64,000 nt of DNA, taken from the NCBI GenBank assembly GCA_048128005.1, contig JBEUKZ010000112.1:186001-250000 (forward strand), in the 5' to 3' direction. The position numbers and the translations under genes are program-made. The notes under the pieces are model-generated. The model was not told the DNA's origin. It was given only the letters and a program-made list of their open reading frames with translations, and made no database searches. Shown here one piece after another: positions 48,227-59,369 of the stretch (position 1 is its first letter; the number at the start of each line of letters is the position of its first letter). Source of the stretch: Veleropilina oligotropha. Lineage: Eukaryota.

Positions 48227-49137
48227 ACAAGTTTATCGAGTTTTTATCGTCGCTCTTCGACCGCGGTATGTCAGTGTCCGCCGTCAAAGGCTATCGGGCA
48301 ACGATCGCGACCACGCTAAAGCAGTGTCGTGCCCATGCTGGCCTATCAAGCGACCGAACGATATCAGATTTTATACGATCTTACGAACTCGAGATACCGA
48401 CCCGAAGAATTAAGCCACCTGCCTGGAATATCGTACTTATTCTTAACGCATTACTCTTACCCCCGTATGAGCCGATGTCCGAGATAACCATGAGGAACTT
48501 GACGCACAAAACGGTTTTTCTGATCGCCTTAGCGTCGGGCAGGCGTTGTTCCGAGATCCATGCTTTCTCCTCCGAGCTACGAGATATACGATTCCAGTCA
48601 GACGGGTCGGTGATACTGCGTCCTATTCTTGGCTTTCTAGCCATGAACCAACGGCCGAACGAGGACGCACCCGATGTTGTTATTCCCAAGCTAACGCTAG
48701 TCGGACGGCACGATGCAGACCGCCTCAATTGCCCGGTACGGGCGCTTCGCTTCTACCTAGACAGAACCCGTGAAATGCGGACAGGGAAATTACGTTTATT
48801 CGTATCGTATTTACCTACTTACACCCGCGACATTACGAGGACAACTGTTTCGCGGTGGATTTCACAAACTGTGAGAGATGTTTACATCCGTTGTGATGAC
48901 GACGACCGAACTATTTTATCGGTCCGCGCACATGAAGTCCGGGCAATTGCCGCGTCTGTAGCATTCCGACATAATTTAAATATCAATGCGTTACTCCAGG
49001 CTGGATATTGGAAAAACGCTAATGTGTTTGTCAAACATTATCTGCGGGACTACTCAACAAGTGCTGATGGCCTGAGCAGCTTACAGTGTGTTGCTGCACA
49101 AAGGGTTATTGTTAGACCGAGGTCTTCTAATCAGTAA
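46624..49137 (+). CDS. E3 tyrosine recombinase ORF (YR domain in the C-terminal ~360 aa)
   Basis: ALASGRRCSE (R), LNCPVRAL, AHEVR (HxxR), GYW and KHY give the R-HxxR-W-Y catalytic set of DIRS/lambda-integrase-family recombinases. Confidence 0.92.
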   Translation: MSRCISRLISTFGLHTGRRSTIQVPTVRSIVSPVRLHENSTGPRGLPTLSRAQGTYVPRRLADPRGVPGSVPPVYELYPVIDEAPGISDQRDKILLRALDDVYVPRSRLRYGPVHREADPEAYAEPTRGYPRHPVIGHNYGATTGHCPGAHRVGSAPATDGSHGQKTVTTGVQGSLDTTDGAVDGSHRSTALVYRHDSSVVEPRFAGPVGSYIPTRAERLPVHRRFERRLGWSPRQLRDIRPMADRPSGTTYQLPRVRSRLPVSTVPLVTSPQQAYNARHGQHDCRRLHTAPGRYSLASPMRPSNRPTPLSDVPQLDDSSPTHPGKAECQSGFALSEITDNTHRVDATQPSSSGCLPPVVATPSRFVCNRIQLPTTSVCLPVPRPGRPSGRRNVNDMGESVRVCLPPDVHSITGITEGSDRMLRDNANSAPVSHATLVSDPPRSDRRSTVSVTAETRPVNATTHPCTPRVAEPLTFTRLAVIERSLAKKGFSKATALRIYRSRRISTTKVYDYRWVKYVDWCHSRQVNILRPPVNKFIEFLSSLFDRGMSVSAVKGYRATIATTLKQCRAHAGLSSDRTISDFIRSYELEIPTRRIKPPAWNIVLILNALLLPPYEPMSEITMRNLTHKTVFLIALASGRRCSEIHAFSSELRDIRFQSDGSVILRPILGFLAMNQRPNEDAPDVVIPKLTLVGRHDADRLNCPVRALRFYLDRTREMRTGKLRLFVSYLPTYTRDITRTTVSRWISQTVRDVYIRCDDDDRTILSVRAHEVRAIAASVAFRHNLNINALLQAGYWKNANVFVKHYLRDYSTSADGLSSLQCVAAQRVIVRPRSSNQ

Positions 49138-49972
49138 GTATTGTTCTCTGATTGATCATTTGCATATTTACTGACGCCATTTTATTTTTGTTGGCCAAAC
49201 GGTGCTACGAAAATTAACACCTATGAGGCAGTTCAATGTCTGTTCATTTCTTAAATCTAATTTAAGATTTTGTACTTTTCATGTCAGACCTGAGCAGTTG
49301 ACAGCCAGATTACATTGAATTTAATAAAACAACTTTTATAATTTTGCACAAATCTTAAAAAAGATTGAGGTTCAATATTATTTTGTTCTTTGCTGTAATC
49401 GAACATACGATGTTCAATACATTAAAAAATGTTGATTCCTTAACATTTATTTTTAAGTAACATGTCGAACATTTTTGCTTCCTTAAAATTTATTTTAAGT
49501 GACATGTCGTCCATGTTAGCGTTCGCAAGTTGGTCATGCGAATTACTTATTAATATCGATTATTTATAATAATCTATTAATTCTTTGCTTTTGATTTAAA
49601 GCTTTCACAACCTGTTAGGTTCCGTGTGCTTACAAATCCGACTGCATCCTCTGGCTACCGGCCTTCGGCCAGGAGTACCATTTGGCTGCCACTGGTCCAT
49701 GACACGTAAGACCTACAGGGATTTATCCTTCCGGCCGTGCCTGGGGCTGATTGCACTTCCGTTCACCTCGTCCGACTCACACCACGGCGTATTCTCCCGG
49801 TAACACTGGTCGAAATTCTCGCTTGGTAAGAGTAGAATATAATACTCAGTAAAAATTCCACTCTAGGCGGACACAATCGACGCTTCATGCTGATTGAATT
49901 GGTGACAAGTAAGTCATTATCTTGTTTGGGTTTGTTGTAAGGAACGTCTTACCCACCTATCCAAGGTTATTC

Positions 49973-50063
49973 TGGCAAGAGTAAGGACGTAAGTATGTTT
50001 GTAACTATATATGAGGTTTTAATGTAAACCTAATATTAGTATAAAACATACTTACGTCCTTAC
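49973..50063 (+). other. Internal complementary region (ICR) of E3
   Basis: The first half is the reverse complement of the E3 5' terminus and the second half of the E3 3' terminus, joined at ATG (50011-50013). Confidence 0.93.
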
Positions 50064-50373
50064 CACGATTACCCACCCTGCGTTTCGCATTCCTCCCCTC
50101 TACTACGTTCCTTTGTGGTTTTTGAACTTTGAATTGATGTCATGTGACTTCTATGGTTCAGAAGTCTCGCGAGACTTGGCGAGATCTCGCGGGGGAACGT
50201 GGTTGAGGAGGAGCAGGGGAGGTAACCGTGGTACGTTTTTGCGTCTTTGACTTATTAATAGTGCATAACGTGACTTATTCACTGTTTCCGGTTGGCAATA
50301 ATATTACTATTATGGCAAGAGTAAGGACGTAAGTATGTTTTATACTAATATTAGGTTTACATTAAAACCTCAT

Positions 50374-52975
50374 TTCTTCCTGGTCCCGAATCCCGATGGC
50401 CGCTAGCGACCGATCTTCGATCTCTCGTATCTCACTAATATCTTCGTACCGAGAAATTCCAGCAGGAAACCCTCTCGAAGATACGAGCGGCCATCCGTCC
50501 GGGCGACTGGGCAGCGTCTATCGATCTGACCGACGCGTATCTGCATGTCCCGATGCATATCACGGCTCATCAGTACCTTCGGTTTATACACGGGGAGACG
50601 ATCTACCATTCAGGTGCCTACCGTTCGGTCTATCGTCAGCCCCGTACGTCTTCACGAGAACAGTACAGGCCCTCGGAGCCTTCCTACACTCTCTAGGGCT
50701 CAGGGTACATATATACCTCGACGACTGGCTGATCCTCGGGGCGTCCCGAGATCTGTGCCTCCGGTCTACGAGCTTTACCCTGTCATCAACGAAGCGCCTG
50801 GGATTTCAGATCAACGAGACAAAATCCGGCTTCGTGCCCTCGACGACGTTTACGTTTCTCGGGGTCGACTTCGATACGGTCCGGTACACCGCGAAACCGA
50901 CCCAGAAACGTATGCGGAACCTACGCGCGGTTATCCAAGACACCCTGTCATCGGACATAACTACAGCGCGACAACTGGCCACTGTCCTGGGGCACTTCGA
51001 GTCGGTAGCGACCCTGCTACCGACGGGTCACATGGACAAACGACCGTTACAACAGGCGTTCAGGGATCGCTGGATACAACGGACGGGGCAGTGGACGGAT
51101 CGCATCGATCTTCGGCATTGGTTTACCAGCACAACAGCAGTGTGGTTGAACCCTGCTTTGCCGGACCAGTCGGTTCCTATATCCCCGCCAGAGCCGAACG
51201 CTTACCTGTTCACAGATGCTTCGAACGACGGCTGGGGTGGTCACCTCGACAGTTACGAGACATCAGGCCTATGGCCGACGGACCTTCAGGGACGACACAT
51301 CTACTTCCTAGAGTTAGAAGCCGTCTACCTGTCAGTACGGTCCCTCTCGTCACATCTCCGCATCAAGCACATAATGCTCGCCACGGACAACACGACTGTC
51401 GTCGCTTACATCCAGCACCAGGGCGGCACTCGCTCGCGTCCCCTTTGCGACCGAGCAATAGACCTACACCGCCTAGTGATGTCCCTCATCTCGACGATTC
51501 GAGCCCGACACATCCCGGGAAAGCTGAATGTCAGAGCGGACTCGCTCTCTCGGAAATCGCAGATAATACACACAGAGTGGACGCTACACAGCCGAGTAGC
51601 TCGGGACGTTTGTCGCCGGTGGTCACAATCCCAAGTCGATCTGTTTGCTACAGAATTTAATTACCGACTACCTCTGTATGTCTCCCCGTACCCGGACCCG
51701 GCCGCCCTAGCGGTCGCCGCACTGTCAATGACATGGGAGAATCTGTCCGCGTATTATGCCTTCCCCCCGTCGTGCATTCTAACACTGGTATTACAGAAGG
51801 CATCGAACGAACGTTGCAGATAACGCTAATCGCGCCCCTATATCGCACGCAACCTTGGTTTCCGACCCTCCTCGATCTGATCGTCGACCGACCGTTATCG
51901 CTCCCGTACAGACCGGGCCGGTTAATGCAGGCGCGCAGCCGTGTATTACAATATCGCCGAACGACTTACGTTTACACGCCTGGCGGTTATCGAACGATCC
52001 CTTGCTAGAAAGGAATTTCTCGCACAACAGCCCTACGCATCTATCGATCGAGAAGGCTTCCACGACTAAAGTTTATGACTACCGATGGGTTAAGTACGTG
52101 GATTGGTGTCACAGCCGGCAGGCCCCTGTGGACCAGTTTATTGAGTTTTTATCGTCGCTCTTTGAACGCGGTATGTCAGTGTCCGCCGTCAAAGCTATCG
52201 GGCAACGGTCGCGAGTGCCGTGCCCGTGGTAGCCTACCTAGCGACCGAACGATTTGGATTTCTGCGATCCTTCGAACTCTAAATTTCGACCCGTACGATA
52301 CGGCCAGCCTGAAACATCGCTCTCATTTCTTAACGCTCTCTTTCTACCCGTACTAGCCTATGGGTCCGACCTCTATGAGGAACTTAACGCACAAAACGGT
52401 TTTTTCTGATCGCCTTAGCGTCGGGCAGGCATTGTTCCGTATTTCATAGTCTATCCGCAGAGCTACGAGACGTTCGTTTCCAGTCAACGGGTCGGTGATG
52501 CGGCGTCATATCTTGGGTTTCCTCGCCAAGAATCTACGGCCGAACGGAGACGCACCCGATCGTTATCCCCTAGCTTACGCTGGTCAGAGACCCGATGTGG
52601 ACCGATGAACCTGTCATATGCGTGCCTACGTTACTACCTCGACAGGATCCGTGATACGCGGCAGAGAAAACTACGTATATTTTATTCGTATTTACCTTCT
52701 GATATCCTCGACATTGCGTAGACGACTGTTTCGCGGAGGTTTTCACAGGTAGTGAGAGACTACTCTCGCTGTGAAAAGTAGGCCGCACGCACTTTTGTAT
52801 CGATCCGCGCACACGAGGTCCGTGTTTTCGCAGATTCACATCTCAGCGTTGCAGTTCTCAAAAATGTCTTTATTAAGCCTTTTCTGGGGATTATTCCATG
52901 CGGCTGATGGATTGTGCAGTCTACATTGTAACTGCTCAACGATGTATTGTTAGACCGAGGTCGTCTAATCAGTGA
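50374..52975 (+). pseudogene. E2 RT-RNaseH-MT and YR remainder, disrupted
   Basis: Resumes FFLVPNPDGR* directly after E3. YLDD, TDAS and VDLFA motifs are in ORF 50396..51823. The YR region is heavily decayed after ~52000. Confidence 0.88.
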
Positions 52976-53806
52976 GTATTGTATCTTGATTGATCAATTT
53001 ACATAATTTTTGCTGATGCAATGCTATTGTTATGCCTAGCTATTCTATGAAATAGACATTCTGAGGCGATTCAATGTATGTTCATTTCTTAAAAACATTT
53101 TAAGATTTTGTACTTCATGTCATACCTGAGATATTGACAAGCCAGATTACATTGAATTTAATAAAACAATTATATTGCGACAATCTTAAAGGATTTAAGG
53201 TTCAATATTATTGATGTTCTATGCTGTAATCGAACATACGATGTTCAATACATTGAAAAAATTTTAATATTTGCTTCCTTAAAATTTATTTTAAGTAACA
53301 TGTCGTTCATATTTGCTGCCTTAAATTTATTTTAAGTGACATTTCGTACATGTTAGCGTTTCGCAAGTTGGTCATGCGAATCACTTTTAATATCGATTAT
53401 TTATTTAATCTATTAATTCTTTGCTTTTGATTTGATGCTTTCACAACCTGTTAGGTTTCGTGTGCTTACAAATCCGACTGCATCCTCTGGCTACCGGCCT
53501 TCGGCCAGGAGTACCATTTGGCTGCCACTGGCCCATGACACGTAAGACCTACAGGGATCCATCCTTCCGGCCGTGCCTGGGGCTGATTGCACTTCCGTTC
53601 ACCTCGTCCGACTAACACCACGGCGTATTCTCCCGGTAACACTGGTCGAAATTCTCGCTTGGTAAGAGTTGAATATAATTCTCAGTAAATTCCACTCTGG
53701 GCGGACTCAATCGACGCTTCGAGCTGATTGACTTGGTGAAAAGTAAGTCATTATCTTGTTTGGGTTTGTTGTAAGGAACTTCTTACCCACCTATCCAAGG
53801 TTATTC

Positions 53807-53896
53807 TGGCAAGAGTAAGGACGTAAGTATGTTTGTAACTACATATGAGGTTTTTAAGTAAACCTAATATTAGTTAAAACATACTTACGTCCTTAC
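53807..53896 (+). other. Internal complementary region (ICR) of E2
   Basis: Reverse complement of the E2 5' and 3' termini, joined at ATG (53845-53847). Confidence 0.93.
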
Positions 53897-54521
53897 CACG
53901 ATTACCCACCCTGCGTTTCGCATTCCTCCCCTCTACTAAGTTCCTTTGGGGTTCTGAACTTTGAATTGAGGTCTTGTGATCTCGAGCTCTGATATCTCGC
54001 GAGACTTGGCGAGATCTCGCCGGGGGAACTTAGAGAGCGGGAGCAGGGGAGGTAATCGTGGTACGTTTTTGACTTAATAGTGCCTAAATGTGACTTTATT
54101 CACTGTTTCCGGTTAGCGATAATATGACTATTATGGCAAGAGTAAGGACGTAAGTATGTTTTAACTAATATTAGGTTTACTTAAAAACCTCATATTAGGA
54201 CTATTTCAACTTTTATGTGTTTTCAGCTATGTTCATTTCGCTGAATGCTCTAGATCGAAGGAATTGAATTAAGTATGTCTGTCAGGTAGCATAAGCATAA
54301 TTTATTGTGGTTTTAACTCTAAAGGCGAACGGATTTCACTGAACCGTACTTGTAGGAGTACTGACTTTCTCTCACATTTAAGATCAAAGTGGATGTCAGA
54401 ACGTAACCTTGCTTGTTTGTTACTACTTAGGACAATAACATATCACGTCCCATTTCAGTAGGACCATAGCGTAGAGACATAACATTGTTATGCATGGATG
54501 ACATGCCTGTTTTATATTACA

Positions 54522-57500
54522 TTTTTATTCCGTAATATATGCCCGGTTACGGGACGTATTATGTATTCACCCACGTTGAGCCGGCGGTTGGTCGGGCGGG
54601 CGGATATAAGTTGTCCGCTCAATAACTCGAGTAAAGATGTTTATAGCGATAATATCTAGGTCAAGTTCGATAGTCAGCATCATCGGACCATTAGAACTAG
54701 AGTTATGGCCCTTGCAATATGCAAAATTGATAAAATACACAATGCTCGCTCAATATGTTGAGCAATTTTAGTCCTTCTTCACCAAACTTGGTAAAGATGT
54801 AAATAGCAATAATATCTAGGTCAAGTTTGCCAGCCAGCGTCATCAGACTTTTTATAACTAGAGTTATGGCCCTTGAAATATGCAAAATTGACATAATGCA
54901 CAGTGTCCGCTCAATAAATCCCGTTTACGGGACGTATTATGTTTTCACCCACGTTGGGCAGGCGGGCGGGCGGATAGAAGTTGTCCGCTCAATAACTGGA
55001 GTAATTTTCATCCGATCTTGACCAAACTTGGTAAAGATATTTGTAGCGATAATAACTAGGTCAAGTTCGACAGCCAACGTCATCGGACCGTTAGAACTAG
55101 AGTTATGGCCCTTGAATTATGTAAAATTGACATGTCCGCTCGATAACTCGAGCAATTTGTATTCATTCTTCACCAAACTTGGTAAAAATGTTTCTATCGA
55201 TAATATCTAGGTCAATTTCGACAGCCAGCATCATCGGACCTTTAGAACTAGAGTTATGGCCCTTGAATTATGTAAAATTGACATGTTCGCTCGATAACCC
55301 GAGGAATTTGTATTCATTCTTCACTAAACTTGGTAAAGATGTTTGTAGCGATAATATCTAGGTCAAGTTCGATAGCCAGCATCATCGGACCGTTAGAACT
55401 AGAGTTATGGCCCTTGTATTATGTAAAATTGACATGTCCGCTCGATAACAAGCAATTTGTATTCATTTTTCACCAAACTTGATAAAGATGTTTGTAGCGA
55501 TAATATTTAGGACAGGTTCGACAGCCAGCGTCATTAGACCGTTAGAACTAGAGTTATGGCCCTTGAATTATGTAAAATTGACATGTCCGCTCGATAACTC
55601 GAGCAATTTGCATTCAATCTTCACCAAACTTGGTAAAGATGTTTGTAGCGATTATATCTAGGTCAAGTTCGACAGCCAGCGTCATCAGACCTTTAGAACT
55701 AGAGTTGTGGCCCTTGAAATATTTAAAATTGACAATACACAGTGTCCGATCAATAAAACAAGCAATTTTTATTCATTTGTCACCAAGCTTGGTAAAGTTG
55801 CTTGTAGCGCTAATATCTAGGTCAAGTTCGATAGCCAGCATCATCGGACCTTTAGACCTAGAGTTATGGCCCTTGAAATATGCAAAATTGACATAATTCA
55901 CAGTGTCCACTCGATAACTTGAGCAATTTGTAATCATTCTTCACCAAACATGGTAAAGATGTTTGCAGCGATAATATCTAGGTCAAGTTCGATATCCAGA
56001 GTTATCCCCCTTGAAATATAACTGAGAAGTTTGAATATGCCTTGAAGTATTGAGCATTATGCATTAACATTCTTTCTTTGATTACAAATAGAATTTTAGA
56101 GAACTAAGTTTGTTTGTTTTGTATACTTATATAAATATTATGTGTGTACAATGGTAAATGACATATGCTTATCTGTAAGAGTTGCTCACTGCCAATATGC
56201 AAAGTAAGCTGTTAATTCACCGCCTTTGTTAGATTTTCAACCAGTTCCGATGTTCAAGATGGCCGCCAGTGGCCATCTTGGATTTTTGTCACACGAAGTG
56301 GTTCCCATGTGATAGCATTTGAAGGAATGCTTTGATTTTCATGAAACTTTCTACACTTACTTGTGGCATCAATTCACCACCTAAGTTCAATTTTCAACCA
56401 GTTCTGATATTCAAGATGGCCGCCAGCGTCCATCTTGGACTTTGTCACCCGAAGTGGTTTCCGTGCGATAACTTTTGAAGGAATGCTTTGATTTTCATGC
56501 AACTTTCTACAATTACTTGTGGCATCAATTCACAGCCTAAGTTCGATTTTCATCCTGTTCCGATGTTCAATATGGCTGCCAGAGGCCATCTTGGATTTTG
56601 TCACCCGAAGTAGTTTCCGTGCGATAACGTTTTAAGGAATGCTTTTGATTTTCATGCAACTTTCTACAATTACTTGTGGCATCAATTCACCGCCTAAGTT
56701 TTATTTTCAACCAGTTCCAATGTTCAAGATGGCCGCCAGTTGCCATCTTGGATTTTGTCATCCGAAGTAGTTTCCGTGCGATAATTTTTGAAGGAATGTT
56801 ATGATTTTCATGAAACTTTCTACAATTACTTGTGGCATCAATTCACCGCCTAAGGTCGATTTTCAACCATTTTCGATGTTCAAGATGGCCATCTGGGATT
56901 TTTGTCACCCGAAGTGGTTTCCGTACGATAACTTTTGAAGGAATGGTATAATTTCCATGAAATTTTATATGCATTCTTGGTCAGTTTCGTGAAACTCAGT
57001 GTATACTCCTTCAAGAATAACTGTCCCGTTACGGCATAGGCGACACATCCACTTCCGTGGAATTCTTGGTAATCATTCTTCACCAAATTTGGTAAAGATG
57101 TTTGTACCGATAATATCTTGGTCAAGTTCGATAGACAATGTCATCGGAACATTAAAACTAGAGTTATCCCCCTTGAAATATGCAAAATTGACATAATACA
57201 CAGTTTTCACTCGATAACTTGACCAATTTGTATTCATTCGTCACCAAGTATTGAGCATTATGCATTAACATTCTTCCTTATATTACAAATAGAATTTTAA
57301 AGGAGTAAGTTTGTTTGTTTTGTATACTTATATAAATATTATGTGTGTACAATGGTAAATGACATGTACTTGTCTGTAAGAAGTGCTCACTGCCAATAGG
57401 CACACTGTTAAGCTTAATGGTCAATCTGTGAAGCTGGGATTTTAAAAATCTGAAATTAAACTGATTTTGAAAACTGCCTTCCCATTGGTTCATTCCAATG

Positions 57501-57793
57501 GTATCTTGAAATGGCAGTATATGTTGCCATTTATACAAGGGCAGACTGTATTCAGTGTCTAATGTCTCTCTGGTCAACTGGTTGAGGTTGAAATTATCAG
57601 GTAATATGGCTCTTGAAATATGTAAGTTATGCAAAATTGACTTTCTACAGCGTCTGATTGACGACTCAAGCTAATTTCATCCATCATTCACCACATTTGT
57701 TGAGACGAAAATGCTTCATTATTTTGTAAACAATTTGCACTGACTTCAATAGAACATTGAGACGGGCGTATATTGTGACCTGGCACTCTTGTT
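54522..57793. mobile_element. Composite HINE-like repeat with ~151-bp (54990-55990) and ~142-bp (56220-56960) tandem arrays
   Basis: Units containing CTAGGTCAAGTTCGA/AGAGTTATGGCCCTTG and CAAGATGGCCGCC; (GGCG)n; CTCTTGTT terminus at 57793. Confidence 0.6.
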
Positions 57794-57947
57794 TTATATA
57801 GATTCCGAAAGCGACCAACCCTGTTTGGACAATGCAAAACAATGTGGAAAGGCCAAAACAGGTATTAACTATTATTAAATCTATCCAGTATAATATTATT
57901 TAATTAAGATCATTGAGGTCATTGCATTATAAATGTTCAATGTTAAT

Positions 57948-58368
57948 TATGCCCCCTAAACGAAGTTTGGGGGCATATAGTGTTGCACACGTTCGTCCAT
58001 CCGAACTTCGTTTCCGGGCAATAACTTTAGAACGCCTTCATGGATTTCAATTAAATTTGGTATGCAAGTGGATAATCATAATAGCTAACTGAAGTACGAT
58101 TCCATGTCGCATAAAGGAGTTATGCCCCTTGATTGACTTGGAAACATTTTTCATTTCCGGTCGGTAACTTGAGAATGCCTTCATGGATTTAAAATAAATT
58201 TGGTGTTTCACGTGTATGATCATAATAGCAAAGTGAAGCTCGATTTCGGTAAAATTCCACCATCACATAACAGAGTTATGTCCCTTGATCCACTTGCAAA
58301 TTTTTTTTCCATTTTTTCCAGGCGGTAGCTTGAGAATGTCTTAATGGATTTAAATTAAATTTGGTATC
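57948..58368. mobile_element. Partial HINE-like element (inverted relative of 21693-22854), interrupted by DIRS E4
   Basis: TTATGCCCCCTAAACGAAGTTTGGGGGCATATAGTGTTGCACACG closely matches the reverse complement of ~22809-22853. Confidence 0.7.
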
Positions 58369-59369
58369 TATATCAAATATACTTACGTCCTTACTAATGC
58401 CATAATAAGCCTATTATCGCTAAATCCGGACAAGGTGGAAATGGCAATTTCGCACTTTTTAATAAATTTAACCCAGTTGACCCACTGACCTGCTCGACCT
58501 CCTCCAGTTCATGCCTATAAAGAGCTCGCCAACTCCCGCGAGATCCCCGTGACCAAAAGGTCATGACCTCATCCGAAGTTTTCCGCCCTCTAGAGAAGTC
58601 GCGTTTTACTTTGCTCCATCATCGATGTGAAATTTCGATCTTTTTGAAGCACGATTTAACAATCAAATAAGCTCATAAGATCGATTGTAGTGTGTAGAAC
58701 ACGTTTAGTGGAAAATTAGAGAGTTTCTCTTCTGAATAAGCCCTTGGAAGTTTTTCCTGTCGAGTACAGACAAAAACGGAAATCAACACCCTCCATTGAC
58801 GACGCCATCTTGAAATTCTACAAGAAAAGTAAAGAGGACGCTCAGAGGGATATTTAAAGAAGGAAGCTCCTTAGCAATTACTAAGGAGTCAGGAGAGAGT
58901 TGCATTATTGATATTGCTTGAATTTGCATTGCATTTCATTTATATATGTGATAATTTCCTCAACGACGTTTTCTTGCTATAAATGTATGTAATCAAATTT
59001 ATCGTCGTTGAAAAGCAGATTGTTTAGAATTTAACTAGCGTTATTTTGGTAAATCTGCTAAATCGGGGATAACACGCCGAAATCTAACAAATTGATATAT
59101 ATACATCCAAGAGGTTTTTAGGTGTGAAGGGCGGTTTCTTGTTAAAGAAAGACCTCCCGTTTCTCAATTCGTTGGCCGACTTGTGTTAAAATTTTTATCA
59201 AAGTCGGTGTTTTGGGCGTATAATCCGCCGGAGGTATTAAGCGTATTTCAGCCTTTTCTAACTCTCGGATCAGGTACAATCGAGGTTGTAGTAGTATTTT
59301 GGCAAACTACCCGTAGAAATACCCTTATCACTTCATACCCCTATCTCCTACCTACCCGTGTACGTAGCT

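Larger units (their letters stand above)
42920..50373 (+). mobile_element. DIRS1-like element E3 (inner; full length 7454 bp), nested in the E2 RT
   Basis: 5' ITR 42920-43148 and 3' ITR 50125-50373 are identical over the shared part; ICR 49973-50063; CAT at both ends. Removing it restores ...TACAGC CAT TTC TTC CTG GTC CCG (YSHFFLVP) in E2. Confidence 0.96.
39447..54193 (+). mobile_element. DIRS1-like element E2 (outer; full length ~7.3 kb without E3; degenerate)
   Basis: 5' ITR 39447-39664, 3' ITR 53957-54193 (2 mismatches over the shared ~200 bp) and ICR 53807-53896, with CAT at both ends. Decayed gag 40434-42629, RT split at 42920/50373, decayed YR to ~52975. Confidence 0.95.

Noticed and set aside
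46624..49137. Phage integrase, prophage or bacterial contamination
   Set aside because: The YR lies inside a gag-RT-ICR-ITR DIRS structure next to spliceosomal exons of an animal gene.
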